Assembly (NCBI GenBank): GCA_041611735.1
Contig: JBFIML010000026.1
Coordinates: forward strand, 1 to 60,240
DNA from: Myxococcota bacterium
Lineage (GTDB): Bacteria; Myxococcota_A; UBA9160; PR03
Direction of reading: 5' to 3'
Length of the DNA: 60,240 nucleotides
The notes beneath the pieces are model-generated. The model was not told the origin of the DNA. It searched no databases and was given only the letters and a program-made list of their open reading frames with translations. Position 1 is the stretch's first letter. Each line of letters begins with the position of its first letter. Shown piece after piece: positions 28,288-37,267 of this stretch. A program made the translations under genes and the position numbers.

Positions 28288-30105
28288 GTGAGTGGAGCTG
28301 CACCCAACGCCGCACGGGGGGCCGCCCCCGCCGCGGGCGTGCGCTGGGACCTCTCGGACCTGTATGCGGGTCCCGACGACCCGGCGCTCACCCGCGATCT
28401 GGAGCGCGCGCTCGACGCGGCCCGCGCCTTCGAAGCGCGCTATCGGGGACGGGTCGTGCATCTCGACGCGGCGGCGCTCGCCCGGGCCGTGGACGAGCTC
28501 GAAGCGCTCGAGGAGCCGGTCCACAAGGCGGCCTCCTACGCGAACCTCCTGTTCTCCGCGGACACGGGCGCCCCACGCCATGGCGCGTTGCTCCAGCACG
28601 TCCAGGAGCAGAGCAGCGAGATCCGCAACCGGCTGCTCTTCTTCGAGCTCGACTGGGTGGGTCTCGACGAGGAGCGTGCCCGGCGACTGCTGGCGGACCC
28701 GGCCCTGGCACGCCGCCGTCACTTCCTGACGCTGCTGCGCCGCTACCGGCCCCACCGGCTCTCGGAGCCCGAGGAGCGCATCCTCGAAGCGGCGGCGAAC
28801 ACGGGCCCTCGAGCCTTCGGCCGCCTCTTCGACGAGAGTCTGGCGGCCCTGCGCTTCCGCGTGGAGCGGAACGGACAGGTGGAGGAGCTCGGCGAAGAGG
28901 AGGTGCTCGCGGGCCTGTACGAGCCCGAGCGGGCCGTGCGGCGCGCCGCCGCCGCCGGCCTCACCCGGGGCCTGCGCGAGAACGCGCGGCTGCTGGCCTT
29001 CGTCTTCAACGTGCTGGTGCAGGACAAGGCGTTCCGGGACCGTGTGCGCCGCCACACGGATCCCATGGCGGAGCGCCACCTGGCCAATCAGATCGCGCCC
29101 GCCAGCGTGGAGGCGTTGCTCACCAGCTGCGAACGCCGCTTTGGGCTGGTGGCCCGCTACTACCGGCTCAAGGCCCGGCTGCTCGGCCTCGCCCGCCTCG
29201 AGGACTACGACCGCTACGCCCCCGTGGCGGCGCCGGGCGGCTCCCGCTCCTTCGCGGCGGCGCGCCAGCTCGTGCTGGAGGCGTACGCCGAGTTCTCCCC
29301 GGAGATGGCCCACATCGCGCACCGCTTCTTCGAGGCGAACTGGATCGATGCGGAGCTGCGGCCCGGCAAACGGGGGGGCGCCTTCGCGTCTTCCACGGTG
29401 CCGAGCGTCCATCCCTACGTGCTCCTCAACTACACCGGGAACCTGCGCGACGTCATGACCCTCGCCCACGAGCTGGGCCACGGCGTCCACCAGTATCTGG
29501 CCCGGGAACGGGGTCTCTTCGAGCAGGACAGCCCGCTCACCACCGCCGAGACGGCGAGCGTGTTCGGCGAAATGCTGGTGTTCCGGCGCCTGCTGGCCCA
29601 GGAGCGGGATCCGGCGGTCCGTCTCGGCCTGCTGTGCGGCAAGCTCGAGGACGCCTTCGCCACCGTGTTCCGGCAGGTCGTGATGACCCGCTTCGAGCAG
29701 CGCCTCCACGCGGCGCGCCGGGAGGAGGGGGCGCTCGCGCTGGAGCGGGTGAACGAGCTCTGGCTCCAGGCGAACCGTCCCATGTTCGGGGACTCGGTCC
29801 GGCTCAGCGACGACTATGGCTGGTGGTGGCTCTACGTCCCGCACTTCGTCCACAGCCCGTTCTACTGCTACGCCTACGCCTTCGGCGAGCTGCTGGTCCT
29901 GGCCCTGCTGCAGCGCTACGACGAGGAGGGCGCCGCCTTCGTACCGCGCTACCTGGAGCTGCTGCGCGCGGGCGGTTCCGCCCCGCCCCAGGAGCTGGTG
30001 GGCCGTGCCGGGCTCGACGTGGCCGATCCGGCCTTCTGGGAGCGCGGCCTCTCGCTCCTGGAGGGAATGGTGGAGGAGGCGGAGGGGTTGGCGGCGGCGC
30101 GTTGA
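28288..30105 (+). CDS. M3 family oligoendopeptidase F
   Basis: WDLSDLY, GKRGGAF, HELGH zinc motif, AETAS, HF..PFYCYAY. Confidence 0.93.
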   Translation: MSGAAPNAARGAAPAAGVRWDLSDLYAGPDDPALTRDLERALDAARAFEARYRGRVVHLDAAALARAVDELEALEEPVHKAASYANLLFSADTGAPRHGALLQHVQEQSSEIRNRLLFFELDWVGLDEERARRLLADPALARRRHFLTLLRRYRPHRLSEPEERILEAAANTGPRAFGRLFDESLAALRFRVERNGQVEELGEEEVLAGLYEPERAVRRAAAAGLTRGLRENARLLAFVFNVLVQDKAFRDRVRRHTDPMAERHLANQIAPASVEALLTSCERRFGLVARYYRLKARLLGLARLEDYDRYAPVAAPGGSRSFAAARQLVLEAYAEFSPEMAHIAHRFFEANWIDAELRPGKRGGAFASSTVPSVHPYVLLNYTGNLRDVMTLAHELGHGVHQYLARERGLFEQDSPLTTAETASVFGEMLVFRRLLAQERDPAVRLGLLCGKLEDAFATVFRQVVMTRFEQRLHAARREEGALALERVNELWLQANRPMFGDSVRLSDDYGWWWLYVPHFVHSPFYCYAYAFGELLVLALLQRYDEEGAAFVPRYLELLRAGGSAPPQELVGRAGLDVADPAFWERGLSLLEGMVEEAEGLAAAR

Positions 30106-30126
30106 GCCGCGTCGCCGCCGGGCGGC

Positions 30127-31476
30127 TCACCCGGGCGGCCGAGCCAGGAACGCCTGGCGGGCGTCGCTGCGCAGGGTGTCCAGGTCCCCCGGACGTACCG
30201 GCTGTCCGTTCACTTCCAGGCGCCCCGCATCGTAGCGGACGTGCGTCGCGTAGTTTCCCTCCTCCAGCACGAGCAAACCGCGCTCCACGAGGCTCGCCAG
30301 GCGTCGACGCGCCTCGGCCCGGCTGTCCACGCTGGTCGGGTCGGTTTCCCGCAACCCTTCGGCGAACTCCTGCTCCAGCAGGACCACCGGCACGCGGGCC
30401 CGGGCGTCGGCGACGAGCGCCGTGGGCGAGAGCATGGACAGCGCGTCGCCCTCGTCGAGCTGCACGGACCCTTCGAACTCCACGGGACCCTCGACGGTGG
30501 CGAAGGCGCCCCGCAGCTCGAACTCCGCGTTGGCGAGCAGCTTGGGGATCGCGGCCAGGATCTCGAGCCGGGCCGTCAGCGCCCCCGCGTCGTCGGAGGC
30601 GGACTCGCTGGCCCGGGCTCCCTCCACGAGACGTGCCAGGGACGCTGCATCGAGCTGGCGCAGGGCCAGCTCGAGCGAGCCACCCGCGTGCGCGACCTCG
30701 CCCCGGACGAGCGCCCGGTAGGAAAGGGACGCGAGCGAGTCGACGCTCCCGTCGTGCAGGGTCTGGCTCTGCTCGAGCTCGAGTCCGTCGACGCGGAAGG
30801 CGCGCGTGTCTTCGGAGGCCTCCACGGCCAGGGTCGCCATGCGCAGGCGGAGCTCGCCCAGGGGCAACCCGTGGCGGCTCTCCCGGTATTCGAAGTGCGC
30901 CTGGACTCCGTGGGCGCTCACGCCTGCCTCGGGGCCACCGACGTGGAGCAGCGACGCGACCAGCTCGCCGGCCAGACGCCGGGACGGGGCTTCGAAGCGA
31001 AGCGTCCCCCGGACGTCCTCCCAGGCCAGGGCGGGTGTGGGGACCGCCGCGTCCCAGGGCAGCGAGACGAAGCGGGTCGTGGCGCGGCCGGCCGCATCGA
31101 TCACCGTCTCCGCCCGCAGCAGGGGCAGCCCGCCTTCGGGCAGCTGCGCGATCGCCTCGCTGTGGACGACGGCGAGCACGGGGCCCGCCCGCCAATCACC
31201 CCACGCGATCGGGCCGGGGGCGATGTGGTCGCGGATCTCCAGGACCACCGCCTCGCCGGGCGCATCCGTCTGCGGGGGCAGCCGGAGGCGGGTGGTCGCC
31301 TCGGCGCGCAGCCAGCCGCGCCGGTAGCTGCCCTCGACGGCCAGGGGAGCGAGGGCCTGGCCCAGCCAGGCCTGCCAGGCTCCATGGGCACGCTCGGCGC
31401 GCCGGGCGCCCCAGCACCAGGCGCCAGCCGTCGCGGCGAGGGCCGCCACCAGCAGCGGGACGACGAGCTTGCGCAC
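30127..31476 (-). CDS. YdgA/DUF945 family protein
   Basis: N-terminal anchor ending WCWG, SYRRGWL, I..GP, C-terminal GRLEVNGQP. Confidence 0.7.
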   Translation of the reverse strand: MRKLVVPLLVAALAATAGAWCWGARRAERAHGAWQAWLGQALAPLAVEGSYRRGWLRAEATTRLRLPPQTDAPGEAVVLEIRDHIAPGPIAWGDWRAGPVLAVVHSEAIAQLPEGGLPLLRAETVIDAAGRATTRFVSLPWDAAVPTPALAWEDVRGTLRFEAPSRRLAGELVASLLHVGGPEAGVSAHGVQAHFEYRESRHGLPLGELRLRMATLAVEASEDTRAFRVDGLELEQSQTLHDGSVDSLASLSYRALVRGEVAHAGGSLELALRQLDAASLARLVEGARASESASDDAGALTARLEILAAIPKLLANAEFELRGAFATVEGPVEFEGSVQLDEGDALSMLSPTALVADARARVPVVLLEQEFAEGLRETDPTSVDSRAEARRRLASLVERGLLVLEEGNYATHVRYDAGRLEVNGQPVRPGDLDTLRSDARQAFLARPPG

Positions 31477-31582
31477 GGAGTCTCCCGTGAACCTCCGGGG
31501 CGGCGCCCCGCCGCGGGGCCGACGGCAGCGGGCCTCCGCCCGGGGAGGCGAATCGGCCCCCGGGCCCAGCGGCTTGAGGCCG

Positions 31583-32929
31583 TCAGGCGGCGGGCCGCCC
31601 CGCCTCCGCGCCACCCGTCAGGTGGCGACCGATCTCGGTGGCGGCGCGCATCCCGCTCGTCACGGCCATCTCGAGCCAGGGACCGAGCAGGTAGTCGCCG
31701 GCGAAGGCCAGGCGGGGCGATCGCTCGCGGCGGGCCTGGAAGGCGCGCAGGCGTGCCAGCGTGCCCGGCTCGAAGTGGGGGAGCAGCGGGTCCCAGCGCT
31801 GCACCAGGAACTCGCTCGGGGACACGCGTCCCACGGGCGTGCGAGCGAGGGCATCGAGGGCGTCCTCCGCCACCGCCGCATCCGGCGCCCACCACAGACG
31901 GTTCGACGCCTCGGCCGTGAGGGTCAACTGCAGCAGGGCCGTACCGGGGGGAGCGACGCCGGCCGTGCGGTGTCCCACCAGCAGGGAGCGCAGATCCAGA
32001 ACGCTGCGGCGCCGGAAGCCCACCGCGTGGCCGGGCAGGGACGGGGGCTCCTTGTCGAGCAGGAGCGCCACCACGATGCCGCGGCCGTAACGCACCCCCT
32101 CGAAGAAGGCGCGCTCGCCCGGCGTCAGGCCGGGACACAGGGGCGGCACCCGCACGCCGGGCACGGCCACCACCGCGGCGTCGGCCAGCAGCCTCCCCTC
32201 CCCGGCGTGGGTGCGATACAGCACGCGAGCCCCGTCGGGCGCCGTCTCCACCCGGATCGCCTCGCAGCCGGTGCGCACGGAGACCCGTTCGGCGAGCACC
32301 CGGGGCAGGAGCCCCATCCCGCCCTCGAACGCGAGGCGCGGCGCCCCATCCCCGAGCGCCCCCAGCGCGGCCAGCGCGAACGAAGCGGAAAGGTCCTCGG
32401 GCGGCGTGTCGAGCAGCGCGGCAAAGCGCGGCTGGATCAGCTCCTCGAGCGCCTCCCGCCCCGCCGTGCGCTGCAGCAGCCGCGCCAGATTCTCGCGGTC
32501 GAGGGACGCGGCAAGCTCGGGCCGGTAGGCATCCAGGCGACGCCCGCCCCGCAGCCGCTCCAGCTCGAGACGCCACAGCCGGACGCGGGCGCCTCGGGAG
32601 AGTGCCCGGGCACCCAGCCAGGCGCGTCGGGGGCCGAGCACGACGGGCTCGAAGCCGGTCCGGGCGACCCGGGCCACGTCACTGCGGGCAAGGGGGCGCA
32701 GGCGGGCACCCAGCCCGAGGGCGTCGGCGAGGCGACGCACGTTGCGGTGCCCGGCGGACACCGAAGAGGCCCCGGTGTCGACGGCGAACTCGCCGCGGGC
32801 TTCGGTGCGCACGCGGCCACCCGCCCGCGTCTCCCGCTCCAGCACCTCCACCTGGTGACCGGCCCGCACCAGGCGCCAGGCGCAGGTCAGGCCCGCGACG
32901 CCGGCTCCCACCACCACCACCGACGCCAC
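31583..32929 (-). CDS. FAD-dependent oxidoreductase (HemY/amine-oxidase-like)
   Basis: VVGAGVAGL, E...AGGR, DTGA, FAGDY...EMAVTSG. Confidence 0.82.
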   Translation of the reverse strand: MASVVVVGAGVAGLTCAWRLVRAGHQVEVLERETRAGGRVRTEARGEFAVDTGASSVSAGHRNVRRLADALGLGARLRPLARSDVARVARTGFEPVVLGPRRAWLGARALSRGARVRLWRLELERLRGGRRLDAYRPELAASLDRENLARLLQRTAGREALEELIQPRFAALLDTPPEDLSASFALAALGALGDGAPRLAFEGGMGLLPRVLAERVSVRTGCEAIRVETAPDGARVLYRTHAGEGRLLADAAVVAVPGVRVPPLCPGLTPGERAFFEGVRYGRGIVVALLLDKEPPSLPGHAVGFRRRSVLDLRSLLVGHRTAGVAPPGTALLQLTLTAEASNRLWWAPDAAVAEDALDALARTPVGRVSPSEFLVQRWDPLLPHFEPGTLARLRAFQARRERSPRLAFAGDYLLGPWLEMAVTSGMRAATEIGRHLTGGAEAGRPAA

Positions 32930-32931
32930 GG

Positions 32932-33321
32932 CTAGCCGACCTTGCGGGGCCCGAGCACGTCCTCGAGGGCCCGCACGAGCGCGGCGGGTGCGAAAGGCTT
33001 GCGCAGGAAGATGCCGTCGCCCTCGGCCAGCTCGCGCTCGAGCTCCGGCGCGAGCGACGTCCCGCTGGTGAGCACGACGCCCACCCCCGGCCGCCGGCGG
33101 CGGATGGCGCGCAGCGCCTCGCCCGCCCCGGCGGGTGGCATGTTCGCGTCGAGAAGCACCACGTCCACGTCGGGCCGCTCGTCCACGGCGCGGACGGCCT
33201 CGTCGCCGTCGGCGGCGGTCAGGACCTCGAAGCCCTGGGGCGCCAGGATCCGGGCGGTGAGCTTGCGGAGCAGGGGTTCGTCGTCGCCCACGAGGACCGT
33301 GGCACGCGGGGGGGGCGGCAT
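32932..33321 (-). CDS. Single-domain response regulator (CheY-like)
   Basis: VLVGDDE, LLDANMP phospho-Asp, TSG, LRKPF. Confidence 0.9.
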   Translation of the reverse strand: MPPPPRATVLVGDDEPLLRKLTARILAPQGFEVLTAADGDEAVRAVDERPDVDVVLLDANMPPAGAGEALRAIRRRRPGVGVVLTSGTSLAPELERELAEGDGIFLRKPFAPAALVRALEDVLGPRKVG

Positions 33322-33361
33322 GGCGGGGATCATACTCCCGGAGCGGGGAGGCGCCGAATGC

Positions 33362-33390
33362 TTGCCGGAATGCGAATAAAAGACGAAAAT
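33362..33390 (+). promoter_or_regulatory. dnaE2 promoter with operator-like 21-mer ATGCGAATAAAAGACGAAAAT
   Basis: TTGCCG (33362-33367), 17 nt, GAAAAT; near-copy of the imuA upstream element. Confidence 0.75.
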
Positions 33391-33401
33391 CGGCCTTCAT
33401 C

Positions 33402-36400
33402 GTGTCGGACTACATCGAGCTGCGGGCGAGCAGCGCCTTCTCGTTCCTGGAGGCCGCGTCCAACCCCGAGGACCTGGTCGACCGCGCGGCGGAGCTCGGC
33501 CATTCCGCCCTGGCCCTGGCCGATCGCGACGGCCTCTACGGAATCCCCCGCTTGCACCAGGCGGCCCGGCGCGCCGGCCTGCGTGCTCTCGTCGGCGCGC
33601 GCCTCCGGGTGACCGGCCGGCCCACTGGAGAGCTCCTCTTTCTCGTCGAGTCGCAACGCGGGTACCGGAACCTCTCGCGACTCCTCACCCGCGCCCAGGC
33701 CCGCGGCGCCAAGGGCCAGGCATGGGCCACGTGGGAGGAGGTGGAGGAGCACGCCGCGGGCCTCACGGTTCTCCTGCACGGCGACGCGCGCCTGGCCCCC
33801 GGCCTCCTCGACCGGGCCCTGGGCCTCTTCGGGCGTCACCTGTGGGTGGACGTCGCGCGCCACTTCGACCGTGTCGCCGAAGCGCAGGCGCGTCGCGCCG
33901 TCGCCCTGGCCGAGGCCCGGGGCGTCCCGATCGTGGCGACCAACGACGTGCGGCACGCGACGCCCGAAGGCCGTCGCCTCCTCGACGTCTTCACCTGTCT
34001 GCGCGAGAAGACGACGCTCGACCGCGCCGGGCGACGACTCTCCCCCAACGCCGAGCGGCATCTCCACGCACCCCGGGTCATGGCGGCGCGATTCGCCGAC
34101 CATCCGGAGTGGGTGCGGGCCACGCGCAGCGTCGCCGAGCGCTGCGCCTTCACGCTCGCCGACCTGGGCTACCGCTTCCCCACCTTCCCGGTGCCTGCCG
34201 ACGAGACCCAGAACTCCTGGCTGCGGCGCCTCGTCGCCGCCGGCGCCCGGGAGCGTTACGGCCCCGCCCCGTCGGCGCGGGTGCGCGCCCAGCTCGAGCG
34301 CGAGCTCGCCGTGATCGAGAAGCTCGACCTGGCCGGCTACTTCCTGATCGTGCACGACATCGCCCGCTTCGCCCGCGAGCAGCGCATGCTCGCCCAGGGG
34401 CGCGGCTCCGCCGCCAACAGCGCCGTCTGCTACGCACTGGGCATCACGGCCGTGGATCCGGTGGGGATGGAGCTCCTGTTCGAGCGCTTCCTCTCCGAGG
34501 AGCGCGGCGAGTGGCCCGACATCGATCTCGACCTTCCCTCCGGAGAGCCCCGTGAGCGGGTGATCCAGTACGTCTTCGACCGCTACGGATCGCACGGCGC
34601 CGCCATGACCGCGGTGGTCATCACCTACCGCTCACGCCTCGCCGTGCGCGAGATGGGCAAGGTGCTCGGTCTCGAGGCCGGCGCGATCGACCGGCTCGCC
34701 CGCGTGCTCTCGGCCCTGGGCCACCGGGAGGGAGCGGACGACCTGCGTGGCCTGCTCCGCCAGGGCGGCGTCGACCCCGACGCCCCGCGCGTAGCGATGC
34801 TCCTCGAGCTGGCGGAGCGCGTGCAGGGCCTGCCGCGCCATCTGGGCCAGCACACCGGCGGCATCGTGATCGCAGCGGGACGCCTCGACGAGGTGGTGCC
34901 GATCGAGCCCGCCTCCATGCCGAACCGCCGCGTGATCCAGTGGGACAAGGACGACTGCGCCGATCTCGGGATCATCAAGATCGACCTGCTCGGTCTCGGC
35001 ATGCTCCGGGCGTTGGAGGAGACGATCCGCCTCGCCGGCGAGAACCAGGGCGTGGCTCTCGACCTGGCCGGGCTCCCGGCCGACGACCCGGCGACCTACG
35101 CCATGATCCAGCGCGCCGACACCATGGGGGTCTTCCAGATCGAGAGCCGGGCCCAGATGGCCACGCTGCCCCGCATGAAGCCAGCACGCTTCTACGACCT
35201 CGTGGTGGAGGTCGCCATCATCCGCCCGGGCCCGATCGTGGGCCAGATGGTGCACCCCTATCTGCGGCGGCGCGCCGGGCGCGAGCCCGTCGTCTACCCC
35301 CACCCCTCCCTCGAGCCGATCCTGCGCCGCACGCTGGGGGTCCCGCTCTTCCAGGAGCAGCTGCTGCGCATCGCCATGACGGCCGCGGGCTTCTCCGGCG
35401 GCGAGGCCGAGGAGCTGCGCCGCGCCATGGGCTTCAAGCGTTCCCGCGAGCGGATGGCGCGCCTCGAAGCGCGCCTGCGCCAGGGCATGACGGCGCGTGG
35501 CCTCGTGGGCGAGGTGCAGGACCGGATCGTCCTCGGCATCACCTCCTTCGCCCTCTACGGCTTTCCGGAGTCCCACGCCGCGAGCTTCGCCCTGATCGCC
35601 TACGCCTCGGCGTATCTGAAGGCCCACCATCCGGCGGCCTTCCTGGCCGGGCTCCTGAACGCCTGGCCCATGGGCTTCTACGCGCCGGCCTCCTTGGTGA
35701 AGGACACCCAGCGCCACGGCGTCGTCGTGCTCCCCATCGATGCGACCCGCTCCGACTGGAAGTGCACCCTGGAGCCCTGGCCCCCAGAGCGCGGCCGGGA
35801 GGGTTCGCGAGCAGCCATCCGGTCGGCGCAACCGGCGCTGCGGCTCGGGCTGCGCTTCGTGGCCGGGCTGCGCGAGGCGGCCGGGCAGGCCATCGAGGCC
35901 GAGCGCCGTCGCGCTCCCTTTGCCAGCGCCGCCGACCTGGCGCGCCGCGCGCGCCTGCGCCGCGCCGAGCTCACGACCCTGGCCGAGCTCGGTGCCCTCG
36001 CCTCCCTCGACCCGGCGGGGCACACCCGGCGCGCGGCGCTCTGGCAGGTCACCGCCCTCGAGCGCGACCCCCGCTCGCTCTTCGCAGGCGTCCCACCCTC
36101 CGCCGGACCCTCACCGCTCCCGGAGATGACTCCCCTCGAAGAGACCCTGGCCGACTACCGGACCAGCGGCATCACCACCGGGTGTCAGGTGATGGCCCAC
36201 CTGCGCCCGCGGCTGCGGGCGCGAGGCGTGCGTAGCGCAGCGGAGCTCCGGGCGATCCCGGACGGCCGCTTCGTGCGGACGGCGGGGCATGCCATCGTCC
36301 GCCAGCGACCGGGCTCCGCCAAGGGCTTCTGCTTCCTCACCCTGGAGGACGAGACCGGCACCTCGAACGCCGTCCTGACGCCCGACACCTACCGCCGCTT

Positions 36401-36542
36401 CCGCGTGCCCCTCCACGCCGCGGCACTCCTCGAGGTGGCGGGGCCGCTCCAGAACGTGGAGGGCGTGATCCACGTGCGGGTGCGGGAGCTGGTACCGCTG
36501 CACCCGCGTCGGGACCTGCCCCCCTCCCACGACTACCGCTGA
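33402..36542 (+). CDS. dnaE2: Error-prone DNA polymerase III alpha (DnaE2/ImuC)
   Basis: 1046 aa; degenerate PHP start, GRGSAANS, PDIDLD, KIDLLGL, YGFPESHA, C-terminal SHDYR (variant of the DnaE2 SRDF motif). Confidence 0.95.
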   Translation: MSDYIELRASSAFSFLEAASNPEDLVDRAAELGHSALALADRDGLYGIPRLHQAARRAGLRALVGARLRVTGRPTGELLFLVESQRGYRNLSRLLTRAQARGAKGQAWATWEEVEEHAAGLTVLLHGDARLAPGLLDRALGLFGRHLWVDVARHFDRVAEAQARRAVALAEARGVPIVATNDVRHATPEGRRLLDVFTCLREKTTLDRAGRRLSPNAERHLHAPRVMAARFADHPEWVRATRSVAERCAFTLADLGYRFPTFPVPADETQNSWLRRLVAAGARERYGPAPSARVRAQLERELAVIEKLDLAGYFLIVHDIARFAREQRMLAQGRGSAANSAVCYALGITAVDPVGMELLFERFLSEERGEWPDIDLDLPSGEPRERVIQYVFDRYGSHGAAMTAVVITYRSRLAVREMGKVLGLEAGAIDRLARVLSALGHREGADDLRGLLRQGGVDPDAPRVAMLLELAERVQGLPRHLGQHTGGIVIAAGRLDEVVPIEPASMPNRRVIQWDKDDCADLGIIKIDLLGLGMLRALEETIRLAGENQGVALDLAGLPADDPATYAMIQRADTMGVFQIESRAQMATLPRMKPARFYDLVVEVAIIRPGPIVGQMVHPYLRRRAGREPVVYPHPSLEPILRRTLGVPLFQEQLLRIAMTAAGFSGGEAEELRRAMGFKRSRERMARLEARLRQGMTARGLVGEVQDRIVLGITSFALYGFPESHAASFALIAYASAYLKAHHPAAFLAGLLNAWPMGFYAPASLVKDTQRHGVVVLPIDATRSDWKCTLEPWPPERGREGSRAAIRSAQPALRLGLRFVAGLREAAGQAIEAERRRAPFASAADLARRARLRRAELTTLAELGALASLDPAGHTRRAALWQVTALERDPRSLFAGVPPSAGPSPLPEMTPLEETLADYRTSGITTGCQVMAHLRPRLRARGVRSAAELRAIPDGRFVRTAGHAIVRQRPGSAKGFCFLTLEDETGTSNAVLTPDTYRRFRVPLHAAALLEVAGPLQNVEGVIHVRVRELVPLHPRRDLPPSHDYR

Positions 36543-36557
36543 AGCGCGCTTTTGCGC

Positions 36558-36587
36558 TTGACACGGCCCGCCCCAGCGTCCCAGGAT
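36558..36587 (+). promoter_or_regulatory. Putative sigma70 promoter of the lipoprotein pair
   Basis: TTGACA-18 nt-CAGGAT right after the dnaE2 stop. Confidence 0.45.
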
Positions 36588-36613
36588 CGTCCCGCCATCG
36601 GGAGAAGGCTCGC

Positions 36614-36916
36614 ATGTATCTCTCACTTCGCAGCCTGGCCGCCGGTCTCGTGTGCTTCGCATCGCTCGCCCTGGGCTGTGTCTACATGAACGTGACCGCA
36701 CCCCTCGACACCAACCTCGACGAAACGCAGCTCGGCAGGCGGATCGGGAAGTCGGAGGCCCAGAGCCTGCTCGGACTCGTGGCCTGGGGAGACGCCGGCA
36801 CGCAGGCGGCTGCCCGCAACGGCGGCATCACCACCCTCCACCACGCGGACCGGGAGATCTTCTCGATCCTGGGCTTCGTCTACACGCGCCAACGCACCGT
36901 GGTCTACGGCGACTAG
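36614..36916 (+). CDS. Small lipoprotein, TRL-like family
   Basis: Lipobox LALGC; G.SEAQSLLGLVAWGDAG..AAA..GGIT..HHAD...SILGFVY....VVYG pattern. Confidence 0.75.
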   Translation: MYLSLRSLAAGLVCFASLALGCVYMNVTAPLDTNLDETQLGRRIGKSEAQSLLGLVAWGDAGTQAAARNGGITTLHHADREIFSILGFVYTRQRTVVYGD

Positions 36917-36918
36917 CG

Positions 36919-37236
36919 ATGACGAGCCTGCGACGACTGGCGACCACCCTCACTCTGGCGGCCCCGCTGCTGGCCACGGGCTGTCTCTCCGGAGCGATCT
37001 ATACCCACGTGACGGTGCCCCTCGACGTGGATCTGGGTCGCACCCCCGTTCATCGCGCCGAGGCCCGAGACTCCTGGAACACGCTCCAGTACTACGTCCG
37101 CCTGGACTGGGGGAGCGATGGGCTCGGGGACGTGGCCAAGCGCTACGGCTTCACCCGGATCCACTACGCCGACCTGGAGACGCTGAGCGTGCTCGGCATC
37201 TGGCGGCAACAGTGGGCGCGTGTCTACGGCGAGTAG
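36919..37236 (+). CDS. Small lipoprotein, TRL-like paralog
   Basis: Lipobox LATGC; IYTHVTVPLD..WG..G...AK..G.T.IHYAD....SVLGI......VYG parallels the upstream gene. Confidence 0.7.
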   Translation: MTSLRRLATTLTLAAPLLATGCLSGAIYTHVTVPLDVDLGRTPVHRAEARDSWNTLQYYVRLDWGSDGLGDVAKRYGFTRIHYADLETLSVLGIWRQQWARVYGE

Positions 37237-37267
37237 AGCGCACGGCCCCGGCCCGTCCTCCCGCCCC

